From: a virus
Length of the DNA: 64,000 bases
Direction: 5' to 3' (one strand)
Virus record (IMG/VR): IMGVR_UViG_3300044658_000058
Location: 1-64,000 of that record
Positions 53,124-62,413 of the stretch are shown piece by piece. The notes below the pieces were generated by a model that was not told the origin of the DNA, ran no database searches, and was given only the letters and a program-made list of their open reading frames with translations. Position 1 is the stretch's first letter, and each line of letters begins with the position of its first letter. Made by a program: the position numbers and the translations under genes.

Positions 53124-53196
53124 GGAATGAACATGCACAAGAAAGACCCACGTTTCTCCGTCGATTAAGCAGTCTAACGCTTAATCGGAGAAATAA

Positions 53197-53730
53197 ATGA
53201 CTATCACTGTTAAATCCACCAATGGGCGGATTTGGACTTTCGATTCTCTTGAAGACGCTGTTGTCAAGATGAATCGTGAATTTCCTATTGCCAATTTGAA
53301 GTACGGTTCACTTCGTTGGTATTCCAAGACCTATGATTTCCACTTTGGTTGTGGCGATTACGTTGTTTATCGTGACGAAATCGGCATTATCCCTGTGTGG
53401 CGAATCAAGGAAGCTTTCTATAATCTTCCTCTTGAAGTTAGAGAGCCAACATATTGGTACTGGCGTTGGCGCAAAGCTCACGCCAAGCCAGAACACTTCC
53501 GTAAGTATCCTGTCCCTCACACCGGTTCTCGCCGGTACGGTCATGACCGCCGAATCCGTACTCTGAATGAGTTGAAAGCTGAATGTGCTTTCGAACTGGA
53601 CGAAGATGTTGTGGACTACAAAATCAAGCGCCGGGCACGATACATTCCGGATGATAGAGAGGATTACGTCACCTATGTTCCTCGCTGTCACAACTGGAAA
53701 AAGTTTCGTCGCCATCAATGGAAGGGTTGA
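53197..53730 (+). CDS. Basic hypothetical protein
   Basis: PVPHTG...RT.NE...NWKK.R..QWK; preceded by SD-containing hairpin. Confidence 0.7.
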   Translation: MTITVKSTNGRIWTFDSLEDAVVKMNREFPIANLKYGSLRWYSKTYDFHFGCGDYVVYRDEIGIIPVWRIKEAFYNLPLEVREPTYWYWRWRKAHAKPEHFRKYPVPHTGSRRYGHDRRIRTLNELKAECAFELDEDVVDYKIKRRARYIPDDREDYVTYVPRCHNWKKFRRHQWKG

Positions 53731-53754
53731 CTTAAAAACGAATCTCGCTACAAG

Positions 53755-53878
53755 GGCAATGGTCGGTTGGCTTCTGAACCCCAACGTCCCCCGCAGGGAG
53801 CCACCGATGCAGTGACATGAGTACCATCTGATTTTCGCCTCGGCTGTCAGATGTGGAAAATGTCACTGCTTTTGTTTT
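53755..53878 (+). ncRNA. Candidate small RNA (two long hairpins)
   Basis: TTGACT promoter at 53727; stems 53763-53807 and 53809-53869, then a U tract. Confidence 0.45.
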
Positions 53879-53966
53879 AAGGTACAAATATGCGTCATAA
53901 AATTTTCGAGAATGTGATTCGAAAATTTTACGAAGAAACAGCGCCAGATTGGTTGACAAGAACCGA

Positions 53967-54278
53967 ATGAGCTACAAACTGTTTTTGGATGATGAAAGAA
54001 ATCCTGTTTCCCCGAACGAATGGAAGATCGCCCGTTCCTTCGAAGAAGCTTGTCGGCTTTTTGATGAATTCGGAGCGCCGTCCTTCATCAGCTTTGACCA
54101 TGATCTTGGACAATCGCTTAGCGGTTACGACTACGCAAAATGGCTTGTCGATAAGGATCAAGATCAAGACTTCCTGACAGAGGAATTTGCCTACTATGTT
54201 CATTCTCAAAACCCGATTGGGAAACAGAACATCGAAGGGCTTTTGGATACTTATCTAGGAATGAAGTTCAGCCGTTGA
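53967..54278 (+). CDS. Cyclic-phosphate-processing receiver-fold protein
   Basis: LFLDDERNP, ISFDHDLG, GYD, VHSQNP.G. Confidence 0.75.
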   Translation: MSYKLFLDDERNPVSPNEWKIARSFEEACRLFDEFGAPSFISFDHDLGQSLSGYDYAKWLVDKDQDQDFLTEEFAYYVHSQNPIGKQNIEGLLDTYLGMKFSR

Positions 54279-54285
54279 GGGCTAC

Positions 54286-54447
54286 ATGCGAACATTTTTA
54301 TCTCCAAAACACAGAATCAAGGCAGAATTTGAAGATTCTTTATATAAGAAATTGGAGGAAAAGCTTGGTGTTGAAGAGATGAAAAAGCAGATAGACGATA
54401 TCCTATCTGCACTTGACGACAAGGCTGATGCATCATCCAAAGTATGA
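54286..54447 (+). CDS. Small hypothetical protein
   Basis: Manual ORF MRTFLSPKH...; GAGG SD. Confidence 0.5.
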   Translation: MRTFLSPKHRIKAEFEDSLYKKLEEKLGVEEMKKQIDDILSALDDKADASSKV

Positions 54448-54625
54448 TCCCATGACCGTCCAATTTGAAAAATGTAAGCCAGATTGCCCCGAATGTGGTG
54501 GTAACCAACATATTGGTGGTGATACGGAATCGCTATGGGCTTGCACAATTTCTGTGAGGCGGTATCGGAAGGCGATAGACGAAGCTGAAAACGAAAAGGG
54601 GAACCGAAGTTCCCCTAATGCTTAG
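54428..54625 (+). CDS. Small Cys-rich protein
   Basis: CKPDCPECGG. Confidence 0.45.
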   Translation: MHHPKYDPMTVQFEKCKPDCPECGGNQHIGGDTESLWACTISVRRYRKAIDEAENEKGNRSSPNA

Positions 54626-54753
54626 TTTGCGTCCTGATTGCTATTGCCACCGGCATGGTCGCCAACGGCAGGAACATCAACTGGACCGTTACCGCAAGCA
54701 GCAACGGAAACACCAATAACAACAAGCATAATTGCAGCAAAAATTGCCTTCAT
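54622..54753 (-). CDS. Small lipoprotein
   Basis: Manual ORF MKAIFAAIMLVVIGVSVAAC (lipobox); GAGG SD. Confidence 0.6.
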   Translation of the reverse strand: MKAIFAAIMLVVIGVSVAACGNGPVDVPAVGDHAGGNSNQDAN

Positions 54754-54798
54754 TTGATTTTACCCTCTTGGTTGTATAAGACGATTTGTTCGTCTGTA

Positions 54799-55518
54799 CT
54801 ATTTATCTATTTTGGAAGCTCTGTATCCTTTGGAATGGCCATATCGGATAAGATTGGCGTGACTAACGTCATTGGCTTTGCCCCAAGCGTTAAGGCTGGT
54901 GATTTCCTCTTGGTGCCCGTCTGGATAAGTAATCAGCCATTTTGACGCCATAGATTTGGAAATTTTATTTTTCCATTCCTCTGAATGCTTTTTGCCTCGA
55001 TTTGCCTCATGCATCTTGGCGACGTTTTCACGATTGACATCAATTCGGGTAGCGGCAGAATCACGCAACTTTGCCTTGGTTTCTTCGGACATGGCTTTCC
55101 CTTTATTCCAAGGGACGTAATCTTTTTTCGCTTCACGCATTTTCTGTTTGGCTTCCTCTGTGTGTTTCTTTCCATAAAATGGGTTGTCTGGACCGGAGAA
55201 AGATGGAGGACGGCAGTCGATAAGATGATTCAAAAGAATGCCATGGAAATCATAGTTCAAGCGGCCATATGTCCGAATTAGCTCTGCTTCCATATCATAA
55301 GCTACACTTTCTTCAAGATTGTCTTGAAGAATTTTTATCTCTGGGTCTTTGCCATATAGTTTGCGAATCTTCGCTATTCGTCCGTTGAGCCGTTTGTTAT
55401 GGCAATATTCTGGTTTGTCGGTAAGATGTTGCTTGTAACGATTACCGGTTCCTTTGCCAATATATAAAGGTCGGTCAGAATTTGGATCGATAATGGCGTA
55501 TACGTAGTATTTGTTCAT
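54799..55518 (-). mobile_element. Free-standing GIY-YIG homing endonuclease with NUMOD3-like repeats
   Basis: YVY...YIGKG.G.R; repeated GKKH(T/S)EE.K.K; own late promoter at 55545-55552. Confidence 0.75.
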
Positions 55519-55562
55519 TTGAGTTCCTTATGAATTACTACGTGTATTTAGCACAAAAGTAA

Positions 55563-55578
55563 AGGGGCCGAAGCCCCT
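55563..55578 (-). terminator. Terminator after gene 23
   Basis: AGGGGC-TTCG-GCCCCT plus U tract. Confidence 0.8.
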
Positions 55579-55616
55579 GAACTTGATTTTTGTCTTTCTT
55601 TGGTTTACACCAAGTT

Positions 55617-56996
55617 TTAGACAAGATTTTTTACGACAAAACCTCTGTAATATGAGTTCTTCTTGTTCACGTGGATAGCGCCGTCCGCTGCCGATGTGGC
55701 GAATGGGTGAGCAACCATGCCGTAACGTGTCTTGAAGCCAATCTTAGGCTGGAAAGTATCCTGACCTACGGCACGGTACATCTGCAATGGGATGTATGGG
55801 CAGTAGAACATACCGGCGTCGAATGACGAAGTACCCTTGTAACCAACTACGGCAATCTGATTGCCCGCAGAAGAGTTCGCATATGGGTCAATGTAAACCT
55901 TGTACTGGCCGAACAGAGTACCAGCGAAGGTGTTACCAGTGTCGTCAACTTCAAGAGTTTCCTTCTGCATTGCAGACTGGTAGTCGAGATAGCCAGCCAT
56001 ACGGAAGGCAGACGCTACGTCTGACGAGCAGAGAACGAAGTTACCCTTACCACGACGGGTTGCCTTGGCAATGGCGTTAGCTTCACGTTCGATCTGGAAC
56101 AGAAGACCCTTGAACTTTTCAACCATCCAACGACCGTTTGAGTCAACGTCAAGGTCGTAATAACCAGCGGTCGCTACGTTGTCCTGTGCACCGATTGTAG
56201 CGGTTGCATAGATGGAACGGATAACCTGACGGTTAATTTCGGCAAGAATTTCCGAAGAAAGGATGTTCGAAAGTTCTGTTTCAGCGTCCAAACCGTGCAC
56301 GGCCTTCAAGTCCTGTGCAAGTTCGTGTGAGTATTCAGCCTTCAAAGCACGGGACATTGCTGTCACCGAAATCTTTTCAATGCTGAATGACATTTCTTGG
56401 AACTGGTTAGTTGAGTTAGAACCCAGACCTTCCGCAGTTGTTCTTGTCATACCGGTAGCGAATGTGTAAGCAGTGTTACCAGTTGTGATAAGCAACGTTG
56501 GGTCAGTACCAGTCTGCGCACCACCAACCGAAGTCAACTGTGCAGTGTTACCCGCAGCCGAAGCCGACCAGTTAGTTAGAGGTTCGTTGAAGAGAGCTTC
56601 CGTACCTGTCTGATTCTGGTAACGAGAACGCAACGCAAAGATCAAACCAGTAGGCAATGTCATTGGCTGAACGCCGCAAAGATCGTAAGCGATCAAGTTT
56701 GGCATCGAACGACGGATCAACGAAATCAACACAGGGTCATAAGTATCGATAGCGCCGTCACCAGCGTTCGAAGAAGATGCACCCATAGAGTTTGTTGGTG
56801 AAGTTGGAGCCGCTTCAAGCAAGTAAGTCAAAGACTGAGTCTTGTCACGGGCAACCGTTTCCATGTTGGCCTTCAACTGATTTTCCAGAAGAATCGCAAC
56901 AGTCGAACGACGGTGCGAGTCTCTGATCTTTGGAAGGTCTTCATGGTCAAGGACCGGAGCCCACTTTTCCATCAATGTATTGATATCGTATTCCAT
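55617..56996 (-). CDS. 23: Major capsid protein gp23
   Basis: KWAPVL, DPVLISLIRR, GVQPM, EILAEINR, FQPKIGFKTRYG. Confidence 0.98.
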   Translation of the reverse strand: MEYDINTLMEKWAPVLDHEDLPKIRDSHRRSTVAILLENQLKANMETVARDKTQSLTYLLEAAPTSPTNSMGASSSNAGDGAIDTYDPVLISLIRRSMPNLIAYDLCGVQPMTLPTGLIFALRSRYQNQTGTEALFNEPLTNWSASAAGNTAQLTSVGGAQTGTDPTLLITTGNTAYTFATGMTRTTAEGLGSNSTNQFQEMSFSIEKISVTAMSRALKAEYSHELAQDLKAVHGLDAETELSNILSSEILAEINRQVIRSIYATATIGAQDNVATAGYYDLDVDSNGRWMVEKFKGLLFQIEREANAIAKATRRGKGNFVLCSSDVASAFRMAGYLDYQSAMQKETLEVDDTGNTFAGTLFGQYKVYIDPYANSSAGNQIAVVGYKGTSSFDAGMFYCPYIPLQMYRAVGQDTFQPKIGFKTRYGMVAHPFATSAADGAIHVNKKNSYYRGFVVKNLV

Positions 56997-57032
56997 TTTT
57001 ACTTTAATCTCCTGTTAGGAATTCTTTAATAT

Positions 57033-57040
57033 TATTTAGC
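57033..57040 (-). promoter_or_regulatory. Late promoter of gene 23
   Basis: GCTAAATA; the same or a related motif occurs at 58330, 60641 and 63008. Confidence 0.65.
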
Positions 57041-57042
57041 AA

Positions 57043-58290
57043 TTAGCGATTTTTACGAAGAGTCTTGGTCATAGAAGCTGCAATTACCTGACCGACTGGA
57101 TTTACATCCTTAACCGGAGAGGCATCTACTTCTTCTGTAATCACAACAGGTTCATCGTCGGCATCAATAGAAGTCTTCTTCACGTCCTTAGCGAAATAAG
57201 ATTCTTTCAAATCTTTAATCTGGCTAACGAAATCGTCTTCGTCTTCGAATTCAATGCCTTCTGCGAGCATAACTAGACGTTCTTTCTGATTTGCAGAAAG
57301 ACCATCAACATGTTCCATTACCAATGCAGTCTTCTTTGACTCATTAAGTTCGTTTGCAAGAGCAACGTTCTTATTGATTTCTTCGTCAAGAGAAGCTTCA
57401 AGTGTGCCAACACGGGCCACAAGTTCTTCAACAATATCTACTTTTTCATCTGGAATTTCGATATAGTGTTCTTCGAACAAGTTCTTCAAACCAACAAGGA
57501 ATGATTCAGCAATTTCGGTACGAACGTTAGACTGAATTTCAACCTTATTTTCTTCAAGCCATTCAGAAACAACCTTATCAAGGTAGTCGTCCATCTTTTC
57601 TACAAGATTTTCGACGAATACTTCCTGATCTTTTTCGTTCTGTTCAAGAATCTGTTCAACAACTTCCGAGATAACTTCGTTAGCAGCCGCAATTACAGCA
57701 GTTTCGAAGATATTCTTTGTCTTTTCTTTGAACGATTCGGTCAAATCTTCCTTGCCAAGCAAGGCTTCAAGGTGTTCAGCAACGTCCAAATCTTCCTTGG
57801 TTACTTTGCGAACCTTGATATCAACTTCGTTGCCGCCGTTGTCATCAGAATCATCGTCGTCGCCTGAGTCGTCATCCGAGCCCGCTGCATCGGCTGGCTT
57901 CTTGATCTTGACTTCCTTACCGGCGTTGTCGTCATCCTGTGAATCGTCGTTGTCATTATCCACATCATCGTTCATGTCTTCATCGGCATTACCTTCACCG
58001 ATCACAGAAGCTTTATTCTTCTGCTTGAATTTCTTGTGGTTGATGTCTTTCTGATTGTCGTTCTTTGCAGCGTCAATACCAGCTTCGATCTTTGAATTGT
58101 CAGCGGCTACGTTATCAACGTCGCCCGGAAGGTCTGGACCAGTTTTCTTAAGGTCTTTCTTAGCTGGAACGTTCTTACGCTTGTCGAAAACAACTTCTGG
58201 AACTTCCGAAACCTTGTCGTCTGACTTGAAAGCTTCTTCAAGAGCCTTTTCTTTTACTGACTTTTTGATTTCATTCAAAAGCTTTGACAT
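57043..58290 (-). CDS. 22: Prohead scaffold gp22
   Basis: FKEK...IFETAV, DDYL, EW.EEN, GLKNLFEEHYI..P, KESYF. Confidence 0.92.
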   Translation of the reverse strand: MSKLLNEIKKSVKEKALEEAFKSDDKVSEVPEVVFDKRKNVPAKKDLKKTGPDLPGDVDNVAADNSKIEAGIDAAKNDNQKDINHKKFKQKNKASVIGEGNADEDMNDDVDNDNDDSQDDDNAGKEVKIKKPADAAGSDDDSGDDDDSDDNGGNEVDIKVRKVTKEDLDVAEHLEALLGKEDLTESFKEKTKNIFETAVIAAANEVISEVVEQILEQNEKDQEVFVENLVEKMDDYLDKVVSEWLEENKVEIQSNVRTEIAESFLVGLKNLFEEHYIEIPDEKVDIVEELVARVGTLEASLDEEINKNVALANELNESKKTALVMEHVDGLSANQKERLVMLAEGIEFEDEDDFVSQIKDLKESYFAKDVKKTSIDADDEPVVITEEVDASPVKDVNPVGQVIAASMTKTLRKNR

Positions 58291-58355
58291 GTTAACTGTA
58301 TTCTCCTAGAGAGTGATAATTTCTTGTTTTATTTAGCAAACAGAGTATTTTACTG

Positions 58356-59000
58356 TTAAGATTTGAGAAACTTAGAAAAAGCGTTAAGGAACTGCTTTTC
58401 ACGAAGCTCTCTGTTCTTCACTGTTTTGATTGTCTGAATTTCTTCAACAATACGTTCTTTCTTCTGCCATTCGACGCCATCGAAAATCCATTCGACGCCT
58501 TCAACCAATGACTCGACAAAGCATCCCGGTCCCGATGGTTCGGCCACGATATCAACTGTCATGAGCTTGAAATCCGGCTGAACGACTTTGAGGCCATTCG
58601 ATTCCTTGATCGAACCAAGGCCACGGCTGGACACGCCAAGGCGAATACCTTCGTCAAGGAAGGTCTTTGCGATCTTGCCGCATGGGGTATCGAGAATCTT
58701 CGCCTTGCCGAACACGATGTTTTCGTTCATCGTCAACTGAGTGATGATGTGCGATACACGGTCGAGATTAAGGGTTGGGTTCGATGGATGACCCAATTCG
58801 CCCATGGCACGATTTTCAGAGATAATCTGTGCGTAACGGCCCAACTCACCTTCAAGAACAGAACGTGGGTAAACACGCTTGTTTCCATTCAAAGTTTCTG
58901 CAACCATGAATGGACCTTTAATGAAGTATTGTTTGATCCCGTCTTTTTCTTCTTTCAGAAGTTCGATAGATTCGTTAAGTTCTTCGGTAAGTAAAAGCAT
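58356..59000 (-). CDS. 21: Prohead protease gp21
   Basis: GELGHP, VSH, GVSSRGLGS, DIVAEPS. Confidence 0.95.
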   Translation of the reverse strand: MLLLTEELNESIELLKEEKDGIKQYFIKGPFMVAETLNGNKRVYPRSVLEGELGRYAQIISENRAMGELGHPSNPTLNLDRVSHIITQLTMNENIVFGKAKILDTPCGKIAKTFLDEGIRLGVSSRGLGSIKESNGLKVVQPDFKLMTVDIVAEPSGPGCFVESLVEGVEWIFDGVEWQKKERIVEEIQTIKTVKNRELREKQFLNAFSKFLKS

Positions 59001-59006
59001 TCTTGT

Positions 59007-59483
59007 TTAGCAACTCTTTACGTGTTTATCCCACTCTGTTTCTTTCGGAGTGGCTTTCATGATCATATTTTTCCATGAGCGATCTTTGTCCGCAGCGGAA
59101 CGACGCTTTTTGTTAACAACGAAGGTTGTGAAAGTCTTACCTTTACGAGAAGTCGAGATAGTGTGAGCGCCCATGTCTTCTGAAACCGGCTCTACTTCTT
59201 CCTTTGCAACTTGCTTATTGCCCGAGGACATTGTAGAAACAGCCTTCTTATTCTTGATCTTTTCAGGAGTTTTGTTCTGAATGTTATCTTTGATATTGGC
59301 GTTAGCAAAAGCTACTTTGTCTTCGTCTCTATCTGCTTCTGTACTTTCTTCGAATACTTCTGGTGCAACTTCGGAAGCAACAGCTTCACAAATGTTGCTT
59401 GCCTTTTCAGCCAACTTAGCTCTTACGTCATCGAAAAATTTAGATGGTGCGCCTTCCATAAGGCTGATAAGTGATTTCTTCAT
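59007..59483 (-). CDS. Prohead core protein candidate
   Basis: Lies between genes 20 and 21; LME and EEVEPVSE sites. Confidence 0.6.
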   Translation of the reverse strand: MKKSLISLMEGAPSKFFDDVRAKLAEKASNICEAVASEVAPEVFEESTEADRDEDKVAFANANIKDNIQNKTPEKIKNKKAVSTMSSGNKQVAKEEVEPVSEDMGAHTISTSRKGKTFTTFVVNKKRRSAADKDRSWKNMIMKATPKETEWDKHVKSC

Positions 59484-59488
59484 TGTTA

Positions 59489-60616
59489 TTAATCCTTTGT
59501 TATTTTATCTACAGCTTTCGCCATGTATTTTCGACGTTGCCAACTCTTTTCAAAGAACTTGTCAGCCAACTTACTGTCCTTTTCGCCTTGCTGATAATTG
59601 GCGTAATTTTTATTCTTTATTTCATCACGCACACGATTTGCACGATCACCATAGCGACCGGTAGCCGCTGATCGTGTTGCTACATCGTGAGAAGCTTTCT
59701 TGATATAGTCGCCAAGTTTAGCTTTCGACAATTCGTCAAGCTGTTCTACTTCCTCTTTTACTGGCTTCTTTGAACCACCATGACCTTTCAGCAAAGAATG
59801 AATAAGTTTGCTTTCTTTCTTACCAATACGGCGACCGGCTCTATTCGATGACTCGATAGATTTGTTCACTGCATCTGCATTGTATTCGGCTTCTTCTAGT
59901 TCAATCTCTTCTTTTACTGCCTTATTTTTTCTACCAAGAGTATTGAGTCCTTTTACTCTATTCGAGAATTTCTTATCTGTGTTGTGACTTTTACCGTCAT
60001 AACGAAGAATTTGAGTTTCTGCATGATCTTTATATTTTGCCAATTTTTCTTGTGACAATTCGTCAAGCTGTTCTACTTCCTCTTTGACAGTCTTCTTTTT
60101 GCCAGAGAAAAGAGCTTTAAGCTTTGCACGACGTTCTTTCCTCTTTTCCTGTGCTTTTTCATAGGAATCGACGCCTGAACCATAAAAATTTGTTGCGACC
60201 GCAATGTCTTTCATCATACCTTCGTCAATGCTTTCAGAGCGAAGCGCACGTTCGTTGGTCGTGTATGTCTTGCCGACAAAATTTGTGTTCTTTGGACTCT
60301 TCGAAGCAGCGAAGTCGTTCAACTGATTGTAGGCGTCACGATCATCCGGACGCTTGATGTTTTTGATACGAGCGTCTTTCCTCTTCTTTGGCTTCGTTAC
60401 ATCACCGGTTAATTCATCCGTATCATCTTCGACCGAAACGTTATCGAGATGTTGCTTCATCATGGCCTTGTGGCCGGGAGTCATTTCGTTCAGGAGAGAT
60501 TCCGTAAGATTTTCTGCCATATCCGCAATGACGGACTCTGCCTTTTCTGTGAGAGAATCGGTCAATGGGGTGAAATCACCCTTCAACAAATCGAGAATGT
60601 TTTGTGTTTTGATCAT
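59489..60616 (-). CDS. Prohead core (gp67 position) polyprotein
   Basis: Core-like N-terminus, then modules separated by KEEVEQLDELS (twice) and KEEIELEE. Confidence 0.7.
   Translation of the reverse strand: MIKTQNILDLLKGDFTPLTDSLTEKAESVIADMAENLTESLLNEMTPGHKAMMKQHLDNVSVEDDTDELTGDVTKPKKRKDARIKNIKRPDDRDAYNQLNDFAASKSPKNTNFVGKTYTTNERALRSESIDEGMMKDIAVATNFYGSGVDSYEKAQEKRKERRAKLKALFSGKKKTVKEEVEQLDELSQEKLAKYKDHAETQILRYDGKSHNTDKKFSNRVKGLNTLGRKNKAVKEEIELEEAEYNADAVNKSIESSNRAGRRIGKKESKLIHSLLKGHGGSKKPVKEEVEQLDELSKAKLGDYIKKASHDVATRSAATGRYGDRANRVRDEIKNKNYANYQQGEKDSKLADKFFEKSWQRRKYMAKAVDKITKD
59727..60085. repeat. 32-bp perfect direct repeat (59727-59758 and 60054-60085)
   Basis: GACAATTCGTCAAGCTGTTCTACTTCCTCTTT; 28/32 copy at 13324-13355. 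Confidence 0.9.
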
Positions 60617-60660
60617 TTAAGTATCCTATATTGTTCAAAATATTTATGAAAATAAGGATT

Positions 60661-62364
60661 TTAGCTAAACCATCTCTGCTTTGGGTTAGCGTTGTCCTCT
60701 TTGTCGTCGGAACCTTCATCCATGCCGTCTTGGCCCGGCATTCCACCAGCATCTTGACCGGCTGGACCGCCGAATTGATCACCACCACCGAAGCCGCCGC
60801 CGAATTGGTCACCGCCGAAGCCTCCATCCATACCCATGCCGCCGCCGAAGCCTGACATCTGGTACTCGGGCTCTTCATCAATTTCTTTCTTGATTTGAAT
60901 CCATTCTTCTTCCGACATGCGAAGTACGTTGGTACGAACCCAAGTCTGTGAATAGAATTTACCGATATACGGTTCGATATCACGCAAGTTTGATATGCGA
61001 GATTGCATGATTTCGCCTTCTTTCAATTCGGTAAAGAAGTTGTTTTCATGCCATGTGATGATAATGTCGTCTTTATACTTGTCCCATTCTGTTGAAGTTA
61101 GAATGGATTTCAAAATCAACTGGTCGCCAAGAATGTCTAGAAATACTTCTGCGAAACGTGAACGGAGGCGATTTACAAAATCGGAAAATTTCACTTCATC
61201 ACGGGAAATTTCGGATGGACGCCCAATATTGAAACCACCTTCTGAATCGAGGCGGCCAATTGGAACTTCCAAGGCTTCGTAAAGCTTCTTTTTGAAGTAT
61301 TCAACGTCGGTAATCTGACCAAGATTTTCACCGGCTGGCAGAGTTTCGACAGTCGTTCCCTTACCGTCACGTTGTGGGAACCAAAAATCTTCCAACATGG
61401 TGGCAATACGTTTGTCATCTGAAACCTGTCCTGTTTCCGGATCGAATTTCAGCTTCTTATTGTGCTTGCGCATGATTTCAGCCACATACTGTTCGGCTTT
61501 CATCTTCGGCAAGTTGCCAACTTCGATATTGAAAATTCTTCTTTCTGGTGCACGGGCGATACGATAGATGACCACGGCATCTTCCATCATGCGGAGCGTG
61601 TTGTACGCCTTGATCGCCTTATGAAGATTTGAGAGGATCATCGTGTTGTCGTTATTGCGAATGCCCGAGTGGACATAGGTAATCGAGTTTGGGGAAATCG
61701 GAATACCCTGTGGATTCTTACGGTTCACCCCTTGACTATTGTATACGAAGTATTCGATATACTTTTTGTTTACTTCCAAACTATTGGTGATAATGTTGGC
61801 GTAGCTTGGAACACGCTTGTTGTTCTTTACAAGCTCTTTAACTTTTTTGATTTTACGTGGATCAACATTACGGAGTTCATAGATTCCGTTTGTCGGATCA
61901 TTTTCGTCGATCATTTTATGATAATAGATACGACCATCCACATACCATTGGCGGAAAATATTGTAACAATCTTTCTTGAAGTTCATCATCTTCAAGATGG
62001 CATCAAATTCCTTTTTGATGGCGTGACGAGTGTTTTCCCCGATATCGATCTTTTGCGTATCAATATCGACTGGACCAGTAGGAGAAGTATAGTCAAAGGC
62101 TTCATTGATGATGTCTTGGATAGCCTTGTCTACTTCCTGTTGTTCGGAAAGAAGTCTATATTTGGAGATAAGAGCGGCTTCATCGACGGTAGAATTGTCG
62201 AGAGCAACGCCATAATTGTAAAAACCAGATGCATTGGAACCAATTTCCAATGCACCATCGTTATCATTCTTTTCGATAACTTGAAGTGTTGACGCTTCAC
62301 GTATCCTACGTTCTTCGTCAACACCTTTATTCAGCTTATAGCCAAAGAATCTATTCATTACCAT
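60661..62364 (-). CDS. 20: Portal vertex protein gp20
   Basis: WYVDGR, DPRK, EDAVVIYRIARAPERR, MLEDFW. Confidence 0.97.
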   Translation of the reverse strand: MVMNRFFGYKLNKGVDEERRIREASTLQVIEKNDNDGALEIGSNASGFYNYGVALDNSTVDEAALISKYRLLSEQQEVDKAIQDIINEAFDYTSPTGPVDIDTQKIDIGENTRHAIKKEFDAILKMMNFKKDCYNIFRQWYVDGRIYYHKMIDENDPTNGIYELRNVDPRKIKKVKELVKNNKRVPSYANIITNSLEVNKKYIEYFVYNSQGVNRKNPQGIPISPNSITYVHSGIRNNDNTMILSNLHKAIKAYNTLRMMEDAVVIYRIARAPERRIFNIEVGNLPKMKAEQYVAEIMRKHNKKLKFDPETGQVSDDKRIATMLEDFWFPQRDGKGTTVETLPAGENLGQITDVEYFKKKLYEALEVPIGRLDSEGGFNIGRPSEISRDEVKFSDFVNRLRSRFAEVFLDILGDQLILKSILTSTEWDKYKDDIIITWHENNFFTELKEGEIMQSRISNLRDIEPYIGKFYSQTWVRTNVLRMSEEEWIQIKKEIDEEPEYQMSGFGGGMGMDGGFGGDQFGGGFGGGDQFGGPAGQDAGGMPGQDGMDEGSDDKEDNANPKQRWFS

Positions 62365-62413
62365 AGAGGATGATATCCTTTTTTATTTAACTATATTGAA
62401 TATATAGCTAATT

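Noticed and set aside
59727-60085. Repeat considered as a mini-CRISPR or attachment site
   Set aside because: Only two copies, 327 bp apart and in frame within a CDS. There is no cas or integrase gene.
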